A DNA stretch of 62,490 nt, filler included. It is 4 parts of 4 records of this genome, joined end to end, with 100 filler letters (N's around TTAATTAATTAA, not from the genome) between each part and the next. Parts side by side here need not be neighbours in the genome. Positions count along the whole stretch, not along the records: positions 1 to 27,463 come from SRR20825019_44; 3 more parts are not named here. The stretch is one strand, 5' to 3'. Every line of letters begins with the position of its first letter. Positions within the stretch are counted from its first letter, which is position 1. This document shows positions 9,139-18,310 of the stretch, piece by piece. Under the pieces are notes generated by a model. The model saw only the letters and a list, made by a program, of their open reading frames with translations. It searched no databases and was not told the DNA's origin. Position numbers and translations under genes: made by a program.

Positions 9139-10314
9139 TTAGCTGAATAATTTTGAGAAGAGGCTCCTTTTTTCTTTTTTCTTTTCACCTGAACTACCTG
9201 CCGTGCCATTCAAAAAGGCATTGAATGTATTGAGCAAAATAGGCCTGGCATCATGCAGCTCCTTACCGGAAACTTTTTCCAGGGTATCGTATATGGCATT
9301 TTGGTGATGCTCCTCCAAATTGTAATTGTATATCATTTTTAAAAAGGAATATTGCAGATAATAGCAGAGCATCAAATTGTTGTTTTCCTTTACATAAGAA
9401 TTGACATATTGTTCCAAGTTCTTGGCATAGTCCTGCAAAATTTCGTTGGAACTACGCCATTTGAGGGAAATCAACGTCTTGGCGTGGTATATATCCTCCA
9501 TAAACTCTTCTTTAGGTTTGGCAAGGAGCTTTTGCATAAAGTTCACTCCTTTATCGATCCTATGGTTAAAATCAATCTGTCCATTGAAGAGATTACTGAC
9601 ATATTCTTCCAATTTGGTCCTTAATGTTCCATGGACACAGGGAATATTGACGATTTTTAGCAATGAAATCACGATAATGTCCCATTGGAAGTCGTTCCAT
9701 CTTTTCTCTTTAAAAAAGAGGCTGTAATTATTGTAGTCTTCTAAAATATCACTGATTTGGTGCCATACGGTTTCCTTTTCTACCTCGGATAATGGAGTGA
9801 TACTTGACTCTTTGTAGAACTCAGCTTTGTATTTTTCTATGAATTCATCATCATAATTATCAGCATAAACACTGATTTCCCTTAATAGGTCATACACTTT
9901 ATAGGGTTGACAAAGCTCTAGTGGGGTTTCATATTCAAACCAAAGTACATTGTCCCTAAGATGGATTTGTGCCAATGTTAACGGATTGAAATTGATTTCT
10001 GCCACGCGCCGGAACAGGGCAACTTTGTTTGTTTGTTCAGTAATCTTTACAAAAGGCGCCTTTATTGTGAAGGTATCTTGCGTAATCGAAATGGAAATCT
10101 CAGCAGAACCCTGACCTTGAGTAATTTGAATTTCATCTTCAATACTATGGCCTTTAAGCACATTTGAATTGATATAGTTGATGGTTTCGATCAATGCCGT
10201 TTTATAGTTTTTGGCATCGTAGGCATCCATAGCCTTGCTCCAGTAAGAAACGTCCATAAGTGGGTCGTCCTCACTTTTAATAGGTCTTGTGAACCTAGGA
10301 AGTACATGTTTCAT
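9139..10314 (-). CDS. Hypothetical protein with an N-terminal YbjN/T3SS-chaperone-like domain and an all-helical C-terminal region
   Basis: 391-aa ORF; segment QGSAEISI...KAP...AEIN...ADNYDDEFIEKY aligns by eye with the C-terminal domain of the adjacent protease. Confidence 0.65.
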   Translation of the reverse strand: MKHVLPRFTRPIKSEDDPLMDVSYWSKAMDAYDAKNYKTALIETINYINSNVLKGHSIEDEIQITQGQGSAEISISITQDTFTIKAPFVKITEQTNKVALFRRVAEINFNPLTLAQIHLRDNVLWFEYETPLELCQPYKVYDLLREISVYADNYDDEFIEKYKAEFYKESSITPLSEVEKETVWHQISDILEDYNNYSLFFKEKRWNDFQWDIIVISLLKIVNIPCVHGTLRTKLEEYVSNLFNGQIDFNHRIDKGVNFMQKLLAKPKEEFMEDIYHAKTLISLKWRSSNEILQDYAKNLEQYVNSYVKENNNLMLCYYLQYSFLKMIYNYNLEEHHQNAIYDTLEKVSGKELHDARPILLNTFNAFLNGTAGSSGEKKKEKRSLFSKLFS

Positions 10315-10478
10315 TATTATAGGTTAAGAAATTACAAATCAGATTGGGGTGAGGTTGATTTGTATTTTTTAGTGAGGTCGTACTATAATACTATGGCTAA
10401 TATCGTCTTTTTTTTGAAAAAACCGATAGAGGACAAATTATTTTGGATGGTAATGTAAAGTAAATCAATTGACTAATG

Positions 10479-11528
10479 TTATTGACTGACAGCGGCTTCG
10501 AGTAAGCGAAGTTGTTTTTTATAGGCGTTGAAGCTTGCTTCAATCCCAATAGGAAGTGTTGAGTTTTGGGGAATATGGCCAAAACTCATTCCATATACAG
10601 CAGGAATGTTCAAGGGTTTTATCCTGTCCATGATTACCTCTCTCAATGTAAAGTTTTCAGTGGTTCTTTTACGGTCGCAGCCTTTGCAGACACCGAAGAT
10701 AATCCCCTTGGCCTTTAAAAAACTGTCTACTTCAGAAAGTTGTGTCAACATACGATCCATTCGGTATGGCGCTTCTTCCACATCTTCTAAAAAAACAAGT
10801 TTATCCGTAAAGTCGAGTTCGTAAGGCGTTCCGATCATGGCGGTGACCAAGGTCAGACTGCCACCAATGAGCTCTCCTTGCGCAACGCCGGGAGTAATGG
10901 TGTAGCGATAGTATTCGCTATTGCGGTATTGTTTTGGGTCCTTTAAAATGGCATTTTTAATGGGCAGGGTTTCTTGCGGTTCCATCAAAACCTTTTTAAA
11001 ATAAGCTTGACTGTACTCATCATCGAGTGTTTTGCCCACAGGGCCATGGAATCCCACAAGGCCTGTTTTTTTGTAGATGGTATTGATCAAGGCCGTAATA
11101 TCACTGAACCCTATCAATGCTTTTGGGTTTTCCTCGATAGCATCGTAGTCCAACATACCAAGGATGCGTGTACATCCGTATCCACCACGGGCGCAGAGAA
11201 TGGCATCGATATCGGGATTTGCGAACATTTCGTTCAAATCGGCAGCCCGTTCCTCATCTGTATTGCTGAAATAACCATAGTTTCCTTTGATGCGGTCGGT
11301 ATAGAAGGTTTTAAAACCCATTTTTTCCAAAGTGTCGACAGCAAGATAGAGCTCCTCCAATTTTATGGCAAAACCTGGGGCCACAAGACCAATGGTATCA
11401 CCGGGGCTTAATTTTTTAGGCTTTACTTTGGTTTTGGCAAAGGAGTCGTTGCCCCAACTTGTTTGATGCAAAAGGGTTGCAGCTCCAAGGACTGTAGCAG
11501 ATTTTAAAAAACTTCTTCTTTTGGACAT
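10479..11528 (-). CDS. LD-carboxypeptidase (peptidase S66) with a Tat signal
   Basis: Twin-Arg SKRRSFLK; ARGGYG, GFSDITA (Ser), LEDVEE (Glu), FGHI (His). Confidence 0.9.
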   Translation of the reverse strand: MSKRRSFLKSATVLGAATLLHQTSWGNDSFAKTKVKPKKLSPGDTIGLVAPGFAIKLEELYLAVDTLEKMGFKTFYTDRIKGNYGYFSNTDEERAADLNEMFANPDIDAILCARGGYGCTRILGMLDYDAIEENPKALIGFSDITALINTIYKKTGLVGFHGPVGKTLDDEYSQAYFKKVLMEPQETLPIKNAILKDPKQYRNSEYYRYTITPGVAQGELIGGSLTLVTAMIGTPYELDFTDKLVFLEDVEEAPYRMDRMLTQLSEVDSFLKAKGIIFGVCKGCDRKRTTENFTLREVIMDRIKPLNIPAVYGMSFGHIPQNSTLPIGIEASFNAYKKQLRLLEAAVSQ

Positions 11529-11589
11529 TTACATTGGATTTTGGCAACGCAAGGATAAAAATGCACAAAAATTAGAAGAAAAACACGAA

Positions 11590-12909
11590 CTAATCACTGT
11601 TTCTTTCTGACCGTCTTAACTGTCGTTGGATTTTTCTGATGGCAGATTCGATGGACTTCTCAGGTTCGATGATATTGTACTCTCCCCAAAAGTCTGGGTC
11701 GGAAAAGCCGGAGGCTTCATCACTCAGGATAATCGATTTCCGGATTCGCTGACGATACTTTGGTCTTTCGTCCTTGCTTACCGTTTCCCAGTCGGTAATG
11801 GCCATTTCAGCAGTCATACTATACTGTGAGTTGAACCATTTGTCCGCCCAATCCACTTTGAACTCCATAAAAACACTGCTGTAGCCATAGTGCCATTTGC
11901 CATTCTTTTCACGGTAATCCACCCGGTAGGATACTTCGGTGGGCCAAACATCTACTTTAGCAGGCTTTCTGCGAACAAAAAGTTGTGCGGCTTGGTCTCT
12001 ATCGGTAATGTTCAATGAAAAAACGGCTCCGGTCAGAATTTTATTCTCTACATCGATATACAGTTCCCCTTGGTACAATGGTTCCAAAATTCCTTCATGC
12101 TGGTTGAACCTGATGACATAGATTAATCTATCATTGGTTCTTACGGAACGGTCAAAAGTAAATTTGTAATTGGTAAGTGATTCTTCCGAAAATATGTACT
12201 CGGGATACTTCATCATATCCACGTACAGCGTATTGTATGGACCTCCTTGAAGTTTCAGCGCTACAGTATCCAATTTACTGTAATCCGTACTTTTTCTGGC
12301 CTTGTATAGTTCAACGGCGTCTTCCCTTACAATGTTGTAGGGTGTTTTGTAAACATTTACAACGGCTTCGGCCAAGGAGACGTTTCTTCTACGTCTTTTT
12401 ATGGTTTCCCTATAAAATGCAGTCATCAAGGAAGGATCCTGAAAATAGTTTTCATCCCTGTTCTTTAGTGTTTCCTTTACCAAGGCCATTGCATTTTTAG
12501 GTGCATTGATATTTATTTCCGAAAGTTGGGTTACGGATACCTCCAAAGAAATTTCGTTGCCTTGACGCTCCAGACTTGAAATTGGCAATATTTTGGTTCT
12601 GTACCCTAAAAATGAAACTACCAAGTTTTTACTGACATGCTCTTTGGGTACCTTCAGAAGAAAATTTCCTTCCGTATTGCTAATGGTGCTAATGTTTGTA
12701 CCCTCTACAGTGAGTGTGGCAAAGACAAGGGCCTTGTTGCCCGATGCTTCCTTAACCTCCCCACTATACTCGTTGTAATCAAGCTCGGTGTTGTTTTGCT
12801 GAAATGCCAAGGATGACTGAGGTACTAACATGACCAAGGCAACAATTATATATAAGAATGTGGCCTTGAATTGTAAGGGTAAAAATATTGATGGGGTTCT
12901 TAATGGCAT
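11590..12909 (-). CDS. Secreted protein with a carboxypeptidase-like regulatory domain
   Basis: Pattern GEVKE...LVFATL...TISNTEGNF...VSFLGY; AFYRE motif; C-terminal DPDFWGEYNII. Confidence 0.8.
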   Translation of the reverse strand: MPLRTPSIFLPLQFKATFLYIIVALVMLVPQSSLAFQQNNTELDYNEYSGEVKEASGNKALVFATLTVEGTNISTISNTEGNFLLKVPKEHVSKNLVVSFLGYRTKILPISSLERQGNEISLEVSVTQLSEININAPKNAMALVKETLKNRDENYFQDPSLMTAFYRETIKRRRRNVSLAEAVVNVYKTPYNIVREDAVELYKARKSTDYSKLDTVALKLQGGPYNTLYVDMMKYPEYIFSEESLTNYKFTFDRSVRTNDRLIYVIRFNQHEGILEPLYQGELYIDVENKILTGAVFSLNITDRDQAAQLFVRRKPAKVDVWPTEVSYRVDYREKNGKWHYGYSSVFMEFKVDWADKWFNSQYSMTAEMAITDWETVSKDERPKYRQRIRKSIILSDEASGFSDPDFWGEYNIIEPEKSIESAIRKIQRQLRRSERNSD

Positions 12910-13020
12910 ATCCGCAATTTTTCCTTGTTACTTTTACTAAATGTACAAAAAAAAGGAGGTATGTATCAATGCTTTTTTCGTTAAAAAAAGCGAATAATAC
13001 CCTCAAAACCAGATAAAAAC

Positions 13021-15471
13021 CTAATCTACCATAAAAATTGCATTGGCAAAGAACAGTTTTCCGTTTTCCCAAAATCCTCTAAATAGTGGATTGTCCACCA
13101 TATAAATAACCTGGCCCCGGCCATGGTTTTCAATACCGAAGATTAATGACTCCGAAATCTTTTTCCTTGCTTCCGCTCCGGCAAAGCCTGAAAATGGTTT
13201 TGTATTTTGTTCGAGATATACTGCATTCCCGTTGTCCAGATATTCATAAGCGCTGCTGCCCAGTTTTAGGGAGAAATAGTCAGAGCCATATCCGTAGGCT
13301 AAAGGGTTGGAGTTGTCTACTTTGGTTTTGAAGATAGCCCCTGTAATGGCCCCTTTGATACGTTCCCGCTCCCAGTCCTTGTAGGGTTGTGGAGCGTTTT
13401 CATCGTTTTCTGTTTCTTCCAATTTCTTTTTTTGGATGCCAAATCCCTTTTCGCCATCAAGGGCATCAATGGAGCCGCCCATAGCAATGATCTTACCGCC
13501 TTTTCTTACCCAACTTTTAAGCTCGGTAAGCTCGTCCTCATTAAAGTAGTTGCCGTAACGGCCATCTGGTAATACAAGGACATCATATTCGTAAAGGTCT
13601 ACTCGGTCGGCGTACTCATCGTCTATTACGGTAAGCGGGTAGTGCAATTGCTGCTCAAAAAAGTGCCAAATCTCACCAAATCGAAGTGTGGAGGTAGGCC
13701 CTCCGGACAATACGGCAATTTTAGGTTTGGAAATCATTTGAATGGATGAAGAACCAAAGTCCTTGCCCGAATCTACAAACCCTGTTCCTGTAGATGTAAT
13801 GTCTTTTTTGAATTTTGCAGCAATGGATTGCAGGGTCGGAATAAAGTCTTCTTTATTTTCATTATCGCCCTTGGTGATGATCAATGTGCCTCTTTCAAAG
13901 GACTTCCCCTCAATAGTAAAAGGGTGGTCCGCTTTTCGAACCCTGATTCCTTCTTTTAGCAGAGCCGCTAAAAAGCGTGCGTCGTCCATACTGTTCCAAT
14001 CGGTCAAATAAGCATAGCTTCCACTCGCAATGTTCGAGGAGGGCACAGTTTCTTGGGCATTTTGGGAAGCAATTGCTGATGTTGATGCAATCGCATCCAA
14101 GCCGTATGCATAGGGTAAAGACCATGCGGTAATGTCATAGGTCAACGAATCGGACAGTTTAGCGTTGGGTTCGAAAAGTACTTTTACCAATGTTCCCTTA
14201 GGTTGGTCCGTAGATACCACCATTCCATTTTTATTGATGGAAATGCTGCCGTTGCTTCCAGAACCATAACTATGGCCCTTGTAAGAGCCGCTTGTAAGGT
14301 CACCGTATTCAATGTTATGTTTTTCCAAAAGGGATTTAAGAGCATCCAATTTGTCCTTCTCTCCTTTGAGTACGTAGCTTTTATATTTAAAATCTTTGCT
14401 TTGATGGAACTCTCTGAATTCTTGGTTGAGTTTTTCCGCGTTTTGGGAAGATACTTCCACGGTAGAAAGCCCGGTGGTAAAGTGATGAGCAATTCTATCT
14501 TTCAATGTCAGTGTATCGCCGATAGCGGTTATAATGCCCAAACCAGCTTGTCCGCTGCCCCCTTGTTCATAGGTCATGCCAATGGCCCCATTATAAATAG
14601 GGTAGGTGTCTCCGTAACTTGGATACAGCAGGTCAAAGACTTCTTTGGTAAAATAGAACCACCCGTTGGCATCAAAATATTTTGCATGGTTTCTACCCAA
14701 AGTCACCTGGAAATCGCGCTGAAAATCGGTAATTACCTCGTGATAGGGCTCTGCAGCCGGGGCAAAGTAATATGGGCTGTTCACACCTTGTTCATGGAAG
14801 TCCACGTGTACATGGGGCAACCATTGATTGAACATTTTTAAACGTTGCTGGCTTTCTATCTGTGTAAGCCAGGCCCAATCACGGTTAAGGTCGAACATAT
14901 AGTGGTTGCTCCTGCCGCTCCACCATCCTTCGTGGTGCTCCTTACTGTTAGGGTCCACTTGGTATGGTGTGTTTTTGTATTGATTGTACCAATTGCTGTA
15001 CCTGTCCCTGCCATCAGGATTGATACATGGATCCATGATCACGACCGTATTTTCTAAATATGAACTTTTTTTGGTCAAAAGTTCATAAATGGTTTTCATG
15101 GAAGCTTCCGTACTCACACTTTCGTTCCCGTGCACGTTGTAGCTCAACCAAACAATTGCTTTGGAGGAATTTCCTGCACCCTCCGTGTCTTTTAAATGTT
15201 CCTGACGAATGGTCTCCAGATTGGCCAAGTTTTCCGCTGAAGACACATAGGCCAAGATCAAGGGTCGACGTTCGTTGGTTTTTCCGTAAACGGTTAGTTG
15301 TACCCTATCCGGAGCGGACTCGGCCAAGTACTCGTAGTAATCCACCACTTCATGATGCCTTGTGAACTGGGTACCGAGTTCATATCCCAAAAATTCGGAT
15401 GGGGATTTTAACTGTTGTGCGGATAAAGAAATTGATGCTAATAGAATGAGGGAAAATAAAAATCTGGTCAT
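13021..15471 (-). CDS. M14 family zinc carboxypeptidase, secreted
   Basis: Motifs NVHGNE, NPDG, DLNRDW, HVDFHE. Signal peptide starts at MTRFLFSL (ATG 15471); -7 element TAGATTTG at 15493-15500 supports this start. Confidence 0.88.
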   Translation of the reverse strand: MTRFLFSLILLASISLSAQQLKSPSEFLGYELGTQFTRHHEVVDYYEYLAESAPDRVQLTVYGKTNERRPLILAYVSSAENLANLETIRQEHLKDTEGAGNSSKAIVWLSYNVHGNESVSTEASMKTIYELLTKKSSYLENTVVIMDPCINPDGRDRYSNWYNQYKNTPYQVDPNSKEHHEGWWSGRSNHYMFDLNRDWAWLTQIESQQRLKMFNQWLPHVHVDFHEQGVNSPYYFAPAAEPYHEVITDFQRDFQVTLGRNHAKYFDANGWFYFTKEVFDLLYPSYGDTYPIYNGAIGMTYEQGGSGQAGLGIITAIGDTLTLKDRIAHHFTTGLSTVEVSSQNAEKLNQEFREFHQSKDFKYKSYVLKGEKDKLDALKSLLEKHNIEYGDLTSGSYKGHSYGSGSNGSISINKNGMVVSTDQPKGTLVKVLFEPNAKLSDSLTYDITAWSLPYAYGLDAIASTSAIASQNAQETVPSSNIASGSYAYLTDWNSMDDARFLAALLKEGIRVRKADHPFTIEGKSFERGTLIITKGDNENKEDFIPTLQSIAAKFKKDITSTGTGFVDSGKDFGSSSIQMISKPKIAVLSGGPTSTLRFGEIWHFFEQQLHYPLTVIDDEYADRVDLYEYDVLVLPDGRYGNYFNEDELTELKSWVRKGGKIIAMGGSIDALDGEKGFGIQKKKLEETENDENAPQPYKDWERERIKGAITGAIFKTKVDNSNPLAYGYGSDYFSLKLGSSAYEYLDNGNAVYLEQNTKPFSGFAGAEARKKISESLIFGIENHGRGQVIYMVDNPLFRGFWENGKLFFANAIFMVD

Positions 15472-15602
15472 GCTTGGTTTAATTGGTTTTACCAAATCTA
15501 ATAATAAATTGAGCCAGAAACCTAATTTTATTGGGTAGGGACCATTCAAAATGTATAAAATTCAATTAACGTATTTTTGGGATGAGAAAAAAAGAAGAGA
15601 CT

Positions 15603-15610
15603 TATCTTTG
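15603..15610 (+). promoter_or_regulatory. -7 element TATCTTTG for bshC
   Basis: TAnnTTTG match 20 nt upstream of the ATG. Confidence 0.55.
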
Positions 15611-15630
15611 AACACCTCATTACTGTTTTA

Positions 15631-17235
15631 ATGGAAGTAGAATGTATACCCTTTAAGGAGACCGGTTATTTTTCCCAATTAATTTGCGACTATTTAGATC
15701 AGAAAAAGGAGTTGTCTCCTTTTTACAATAGGTTTCCCCTACTCGAGAACTTTGATGACCAAATCAAAGAAAAGGCATCTAACTATCCCAAGACAAACAG
15801 AACTGTTCTGGTCAACTCTTTGAAAAACCAGTATAAAAATATTGAGATCTCCAATGGCACCCAAGAAAATATTGATGCGCTAAAGGATGAGAAGACCTTT
15901 ACGGTGGTTACGGGGCATCAATTAAATCTTTTTACCGGTCCGCTGTATTTTCTATATAAAATCGTTTCCACCATCAACTTGGCCAAAAAGCTCAATGAGC
16001 AACATTCAGACCATCACTTTGTCCCTGTGTATTGGATGGCAACAGAAGACCATGATTTTGATGAGATCAATTACTTCAATCTGCACGGAAAAAAAGTGCT
16101 TTGGAACAAAAAAGCCGCTGGAGCAGTGGGCCGGTTGTCCACAGATGGATTGGAGGATGTTTTTGAAATCTTTGTAGCGGAGCTTGGTAATTTAGGGTTG
16201 ACCGATAGCTTAAAAGAACTTTTTAGGTCGAGTTATCTTGAACATTCCAACTTGACCGATGCCACTAGATATCTTGCCAATGCCCTTTTTGGGGAACAGG
16301 GATTGGTAATTGTTGATGGTGACGACAAGGATTTGAAGCAATTATTGGTGCCCTTTGCCAAAAAGGATATTCTTGAGCAAACCCCGTTTAAAAGGATATC
16401 AGAAACTATTAAAGAACTAAGTAAAGCGTCTTCTGATTATAATATACAGGTAAACCCCAGAGAAATCAATTATTTTTATCTAAAGGATGGTCTGCGGGAA
16501 AGAATCGTGGAGAAAAATGGAAAATACGGGGTCGTTGGCACCCAAATCCAATTTTCCAGGGAAGAACTTCTTTCCGAGCTTGAGGCCAGTCCCGAACGTT
16601 TTTCGCCCAATGTGGTGGCGCGACCATTGTACCAAGAGGTGATTCTGCCCAACCTTTGCTACATTGGCGGGGGAGGAGAGCTGGCCTATTGGCTGGAGCT
16701 CAAATCGTATTTTAATGAGGTCGGGGTAACTTTCCCCATGTTGATGTTGCGCAATTCGGCCTTGTTGATAACGGAGAAGCAATCCGAAAAAGTAAAGAAA
16801 ATGGGATTGAAGGTTTCTCATTTATTTATGAAGCAACATTCGCTCATCAATAAAAAGATACGTGACATTTCTAACATCGATATAGATTTTTCGCCCCAGA
16901 AAAAGTTGCTGGAAGAACAGTTTCAGCATATGTATGATTTGGCGGAGCAAACCGATAAAAGCTTTTTGGGAGCAGTGAAAGCTCAGGAAGTAAAGCAGAA
17001 AAAAGGGTTGGATGTCCTTGAAAAACGCTTGTTAAAAGCCCAAAAGAAAAAGTTGAAGGATCACGTGGTACGATTGACAGACCTTCAAAATGAACTTTTT
17101 CCGAACCAATCCTTGCAAGAACGGCAACTCAACTTCTCGGAAATCTATTTGGAAATGGGAGATACTTTGATTCCGTTGTTATTGGATAAGCTAGACCCAT
17201 TTTCCAAGGATTTTATTGTTCTAAGGCGCGCTTAG
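15631..17235 (+). CDS. bshC: Bacillithiol biosynthesis cysteine-adding enzyme
   Basis: Motifs VVTGHQLNLFTGPLY, PVYWMATEDHDFDEI, FSPNVVARP, YIGGGGELAYW, LQER. Confidence 0.93.
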   Translation: MEVECIPFKETGYFSQLICDYLDQKKELSPFYNRFPLLENFDDQIKEKASNYPKTNRTVLVNSLKNQYKNIEISNGTQENIDALKDEKTFTVVTGHQLNLFTGPLYFLYKIVSTINLAKKLNEQHSDHHFVPVYWMATEDHDFDEINYFNLHGKKVLWNKKAAGAVGRLSTDGLEDVFEIFVAELGNLGLTDSLKELFRSSYLEHSNLTDATRYLANALFGEQGLVIVDGDDKDLKQLLVPFAKKDILEQTPFKRISETIKELSKASSDYNIQVNPREINYFYLKDGLRERIVEKNGKYGVVGTQIQFSREELLSELEASPERFSPNVVARPLYQEVILPNLCYIGGGGELAYWLELKSYFNEVGVTFPMLMLRNSALLITEKQSEKVKKMGLKVSHLFMKQHSLINKKIRDISNIDIDFSPQKKLLEEQFQHMYDLAEQTDKSFLGAVKAQEVKQKKGLDVLEKRLLKAQKKKLKDHVVRLTDLQNELFPNQSLQERQLNFSEIYLEMGDTLIPLLLDKLDPFSKDFIVLRRA

Positions 17236-17391
17236 CCGAAGTTTATAGGGCTTCACTAAAAAAAATCAAAAAAATTTTAAACTTAGGTAGGGTATTTACA
17301 TTTTGGATTGTTCCATAGGTGTAAATAGCTATGAAAATTTAAATTTTGAGTAGGTTAACTCAATATGTTTAGGTTGGTTTTGATTTTATTG

Positions 17392-17429
17392 AAAAGCTCC
17401 GGAGTGGTTCCCGGAGCTTTTTGTTTTTT
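17392..17429. terminator. Bidirectional intrinsic terminator between bshC and pgmB
   Basis: aaaagctccgg-agtggttc-ccggagctttt followed by a T tract. Confidence 0.85.
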
Positions 17430-17443
17430 ATTGTGAAGTTGAT

Positions 17444-18103
17444 TTAAAACAAATCCTTGAAATGTGATTTTACTTCGAACAGAGTCGCCTCCTTCATGGT
17501 ATTGAACCTGATGTCTGCATGCCCTACGCGCTCTTCCGGACCGATGCCAACACTAAGGAAGTTACCAGCCTTTGCCGCATCGATTCCTTTTTCTGCATCT
17601 TCAAAAACAATACAGTTTTCGGGACGTAGTCCTAATTTTTCAGAGGCGAACAAAAAAATATCGGGAGCAGGCTTGCTCTTGGAAACACTGTTTCCATCAC
17701 CGATTACATCAAAATAATGAGTGGCCTTGAGTTGTTGCAATACCTTGTTCGCATTCTTGCTCGCACTTCCCAATGCCACACTAAATCCTTCCGAACGCAA
17801 ATGTGTAAGCAGCTCCCTGGCACCTGGCAGGTAGTCCTCTTGGGTCATACCATCCAGACTATTGACATAGATGTCATTCTTTTTGGTGGCAAGTTCAACT
17901 ATCTTGTTTTCATCCAAGGATACGCCATTATGGTCCATGATGACCTTTATGGAATCCATTCTGGAAATACCCCTCAGTTTTTCATTGAGTTCACGGTCAA
18001 ACTCCCAGCCCATTTCATCCGCTAACTTTTTCCAAGCATCATAATGTAGTTCAGCGGTGTCGGTTATCACACCATCCAAATCAAAAATGAATCCCTTAAT
18101 CAT
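17444..18103 (-). CDS. pgmB: Beta-phosphoglucomutase (HAD family)
   Basis: Motifs FDLDGVITDTA, LRGISRMDS, SASKN, KPAPDIF, FEDAEKG. Confidence 0.92.
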   Translation of the reverse strand: MIKGFIFDLDGVITDTAELHYDAWKKLADEMGWEFDRELNEKLRGISRMDSIKVIMDHNGVSLDENKIVELATKKNDIYVNSLDGMTQEDYLPGARELLTHLRSEGFSVALGSASKNANKVLQQLKATHYFDVIGDGNSVSKSKPAPDIFLFASEKLGLRPENCIVFEDAEKGIDAAKAGNFLSVGIGPEERVGHADIRFNTMKEATLFEVKSHFKDLF

Positions 18104-18310
18104 GGTTGGTTCAATTTAGACCGCAAAGAAATAATGAAATCAATTAAGAAAAAAACTATATAAGAGAGAACGCTTATTAAAAATAGAATGAGGAGAAGCT
18201 CAAACAAATGAAGTTGTTGATAACCCGTTGGAATTACTTTTGGGAAAAACTTGTCATAAATAACCTTTAAAAGATACTTTTGCAACTAAAGCAAATTGCT
18301 ATTTTTGCCC

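Noticed and set aside
9123-9209. Lys-rich N-terminal extension of the protease (MARQVVQVKRKKKKG...)
   Set aside because: Mostly an alternative-frame read of the partner gene's 3' end; GTG 9122 after the partner stop gives a clean start at the protease fold.
15472-15549. 26-aa N-terminal extension of the M14 peptidase
   Set aside because: Overlaps the -7 promoter element; the signal peptide begins at ATG 15471.
15631-17235. bshC without bshA/bshB nearby
   Set aside because: Dispersed bacillithiol genes are ordinary in Bacteroidota.
18100-18285. 61-aa hydrophobic ORF overlapping the pgmB start by 4 nt
   Set aside because: TTG start in AT-rich divergent promoter DNA, with low-complexity F/L/I composition expected from T-rich sequence. 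It cannot be supported, though a small membrane protein is not excluded.
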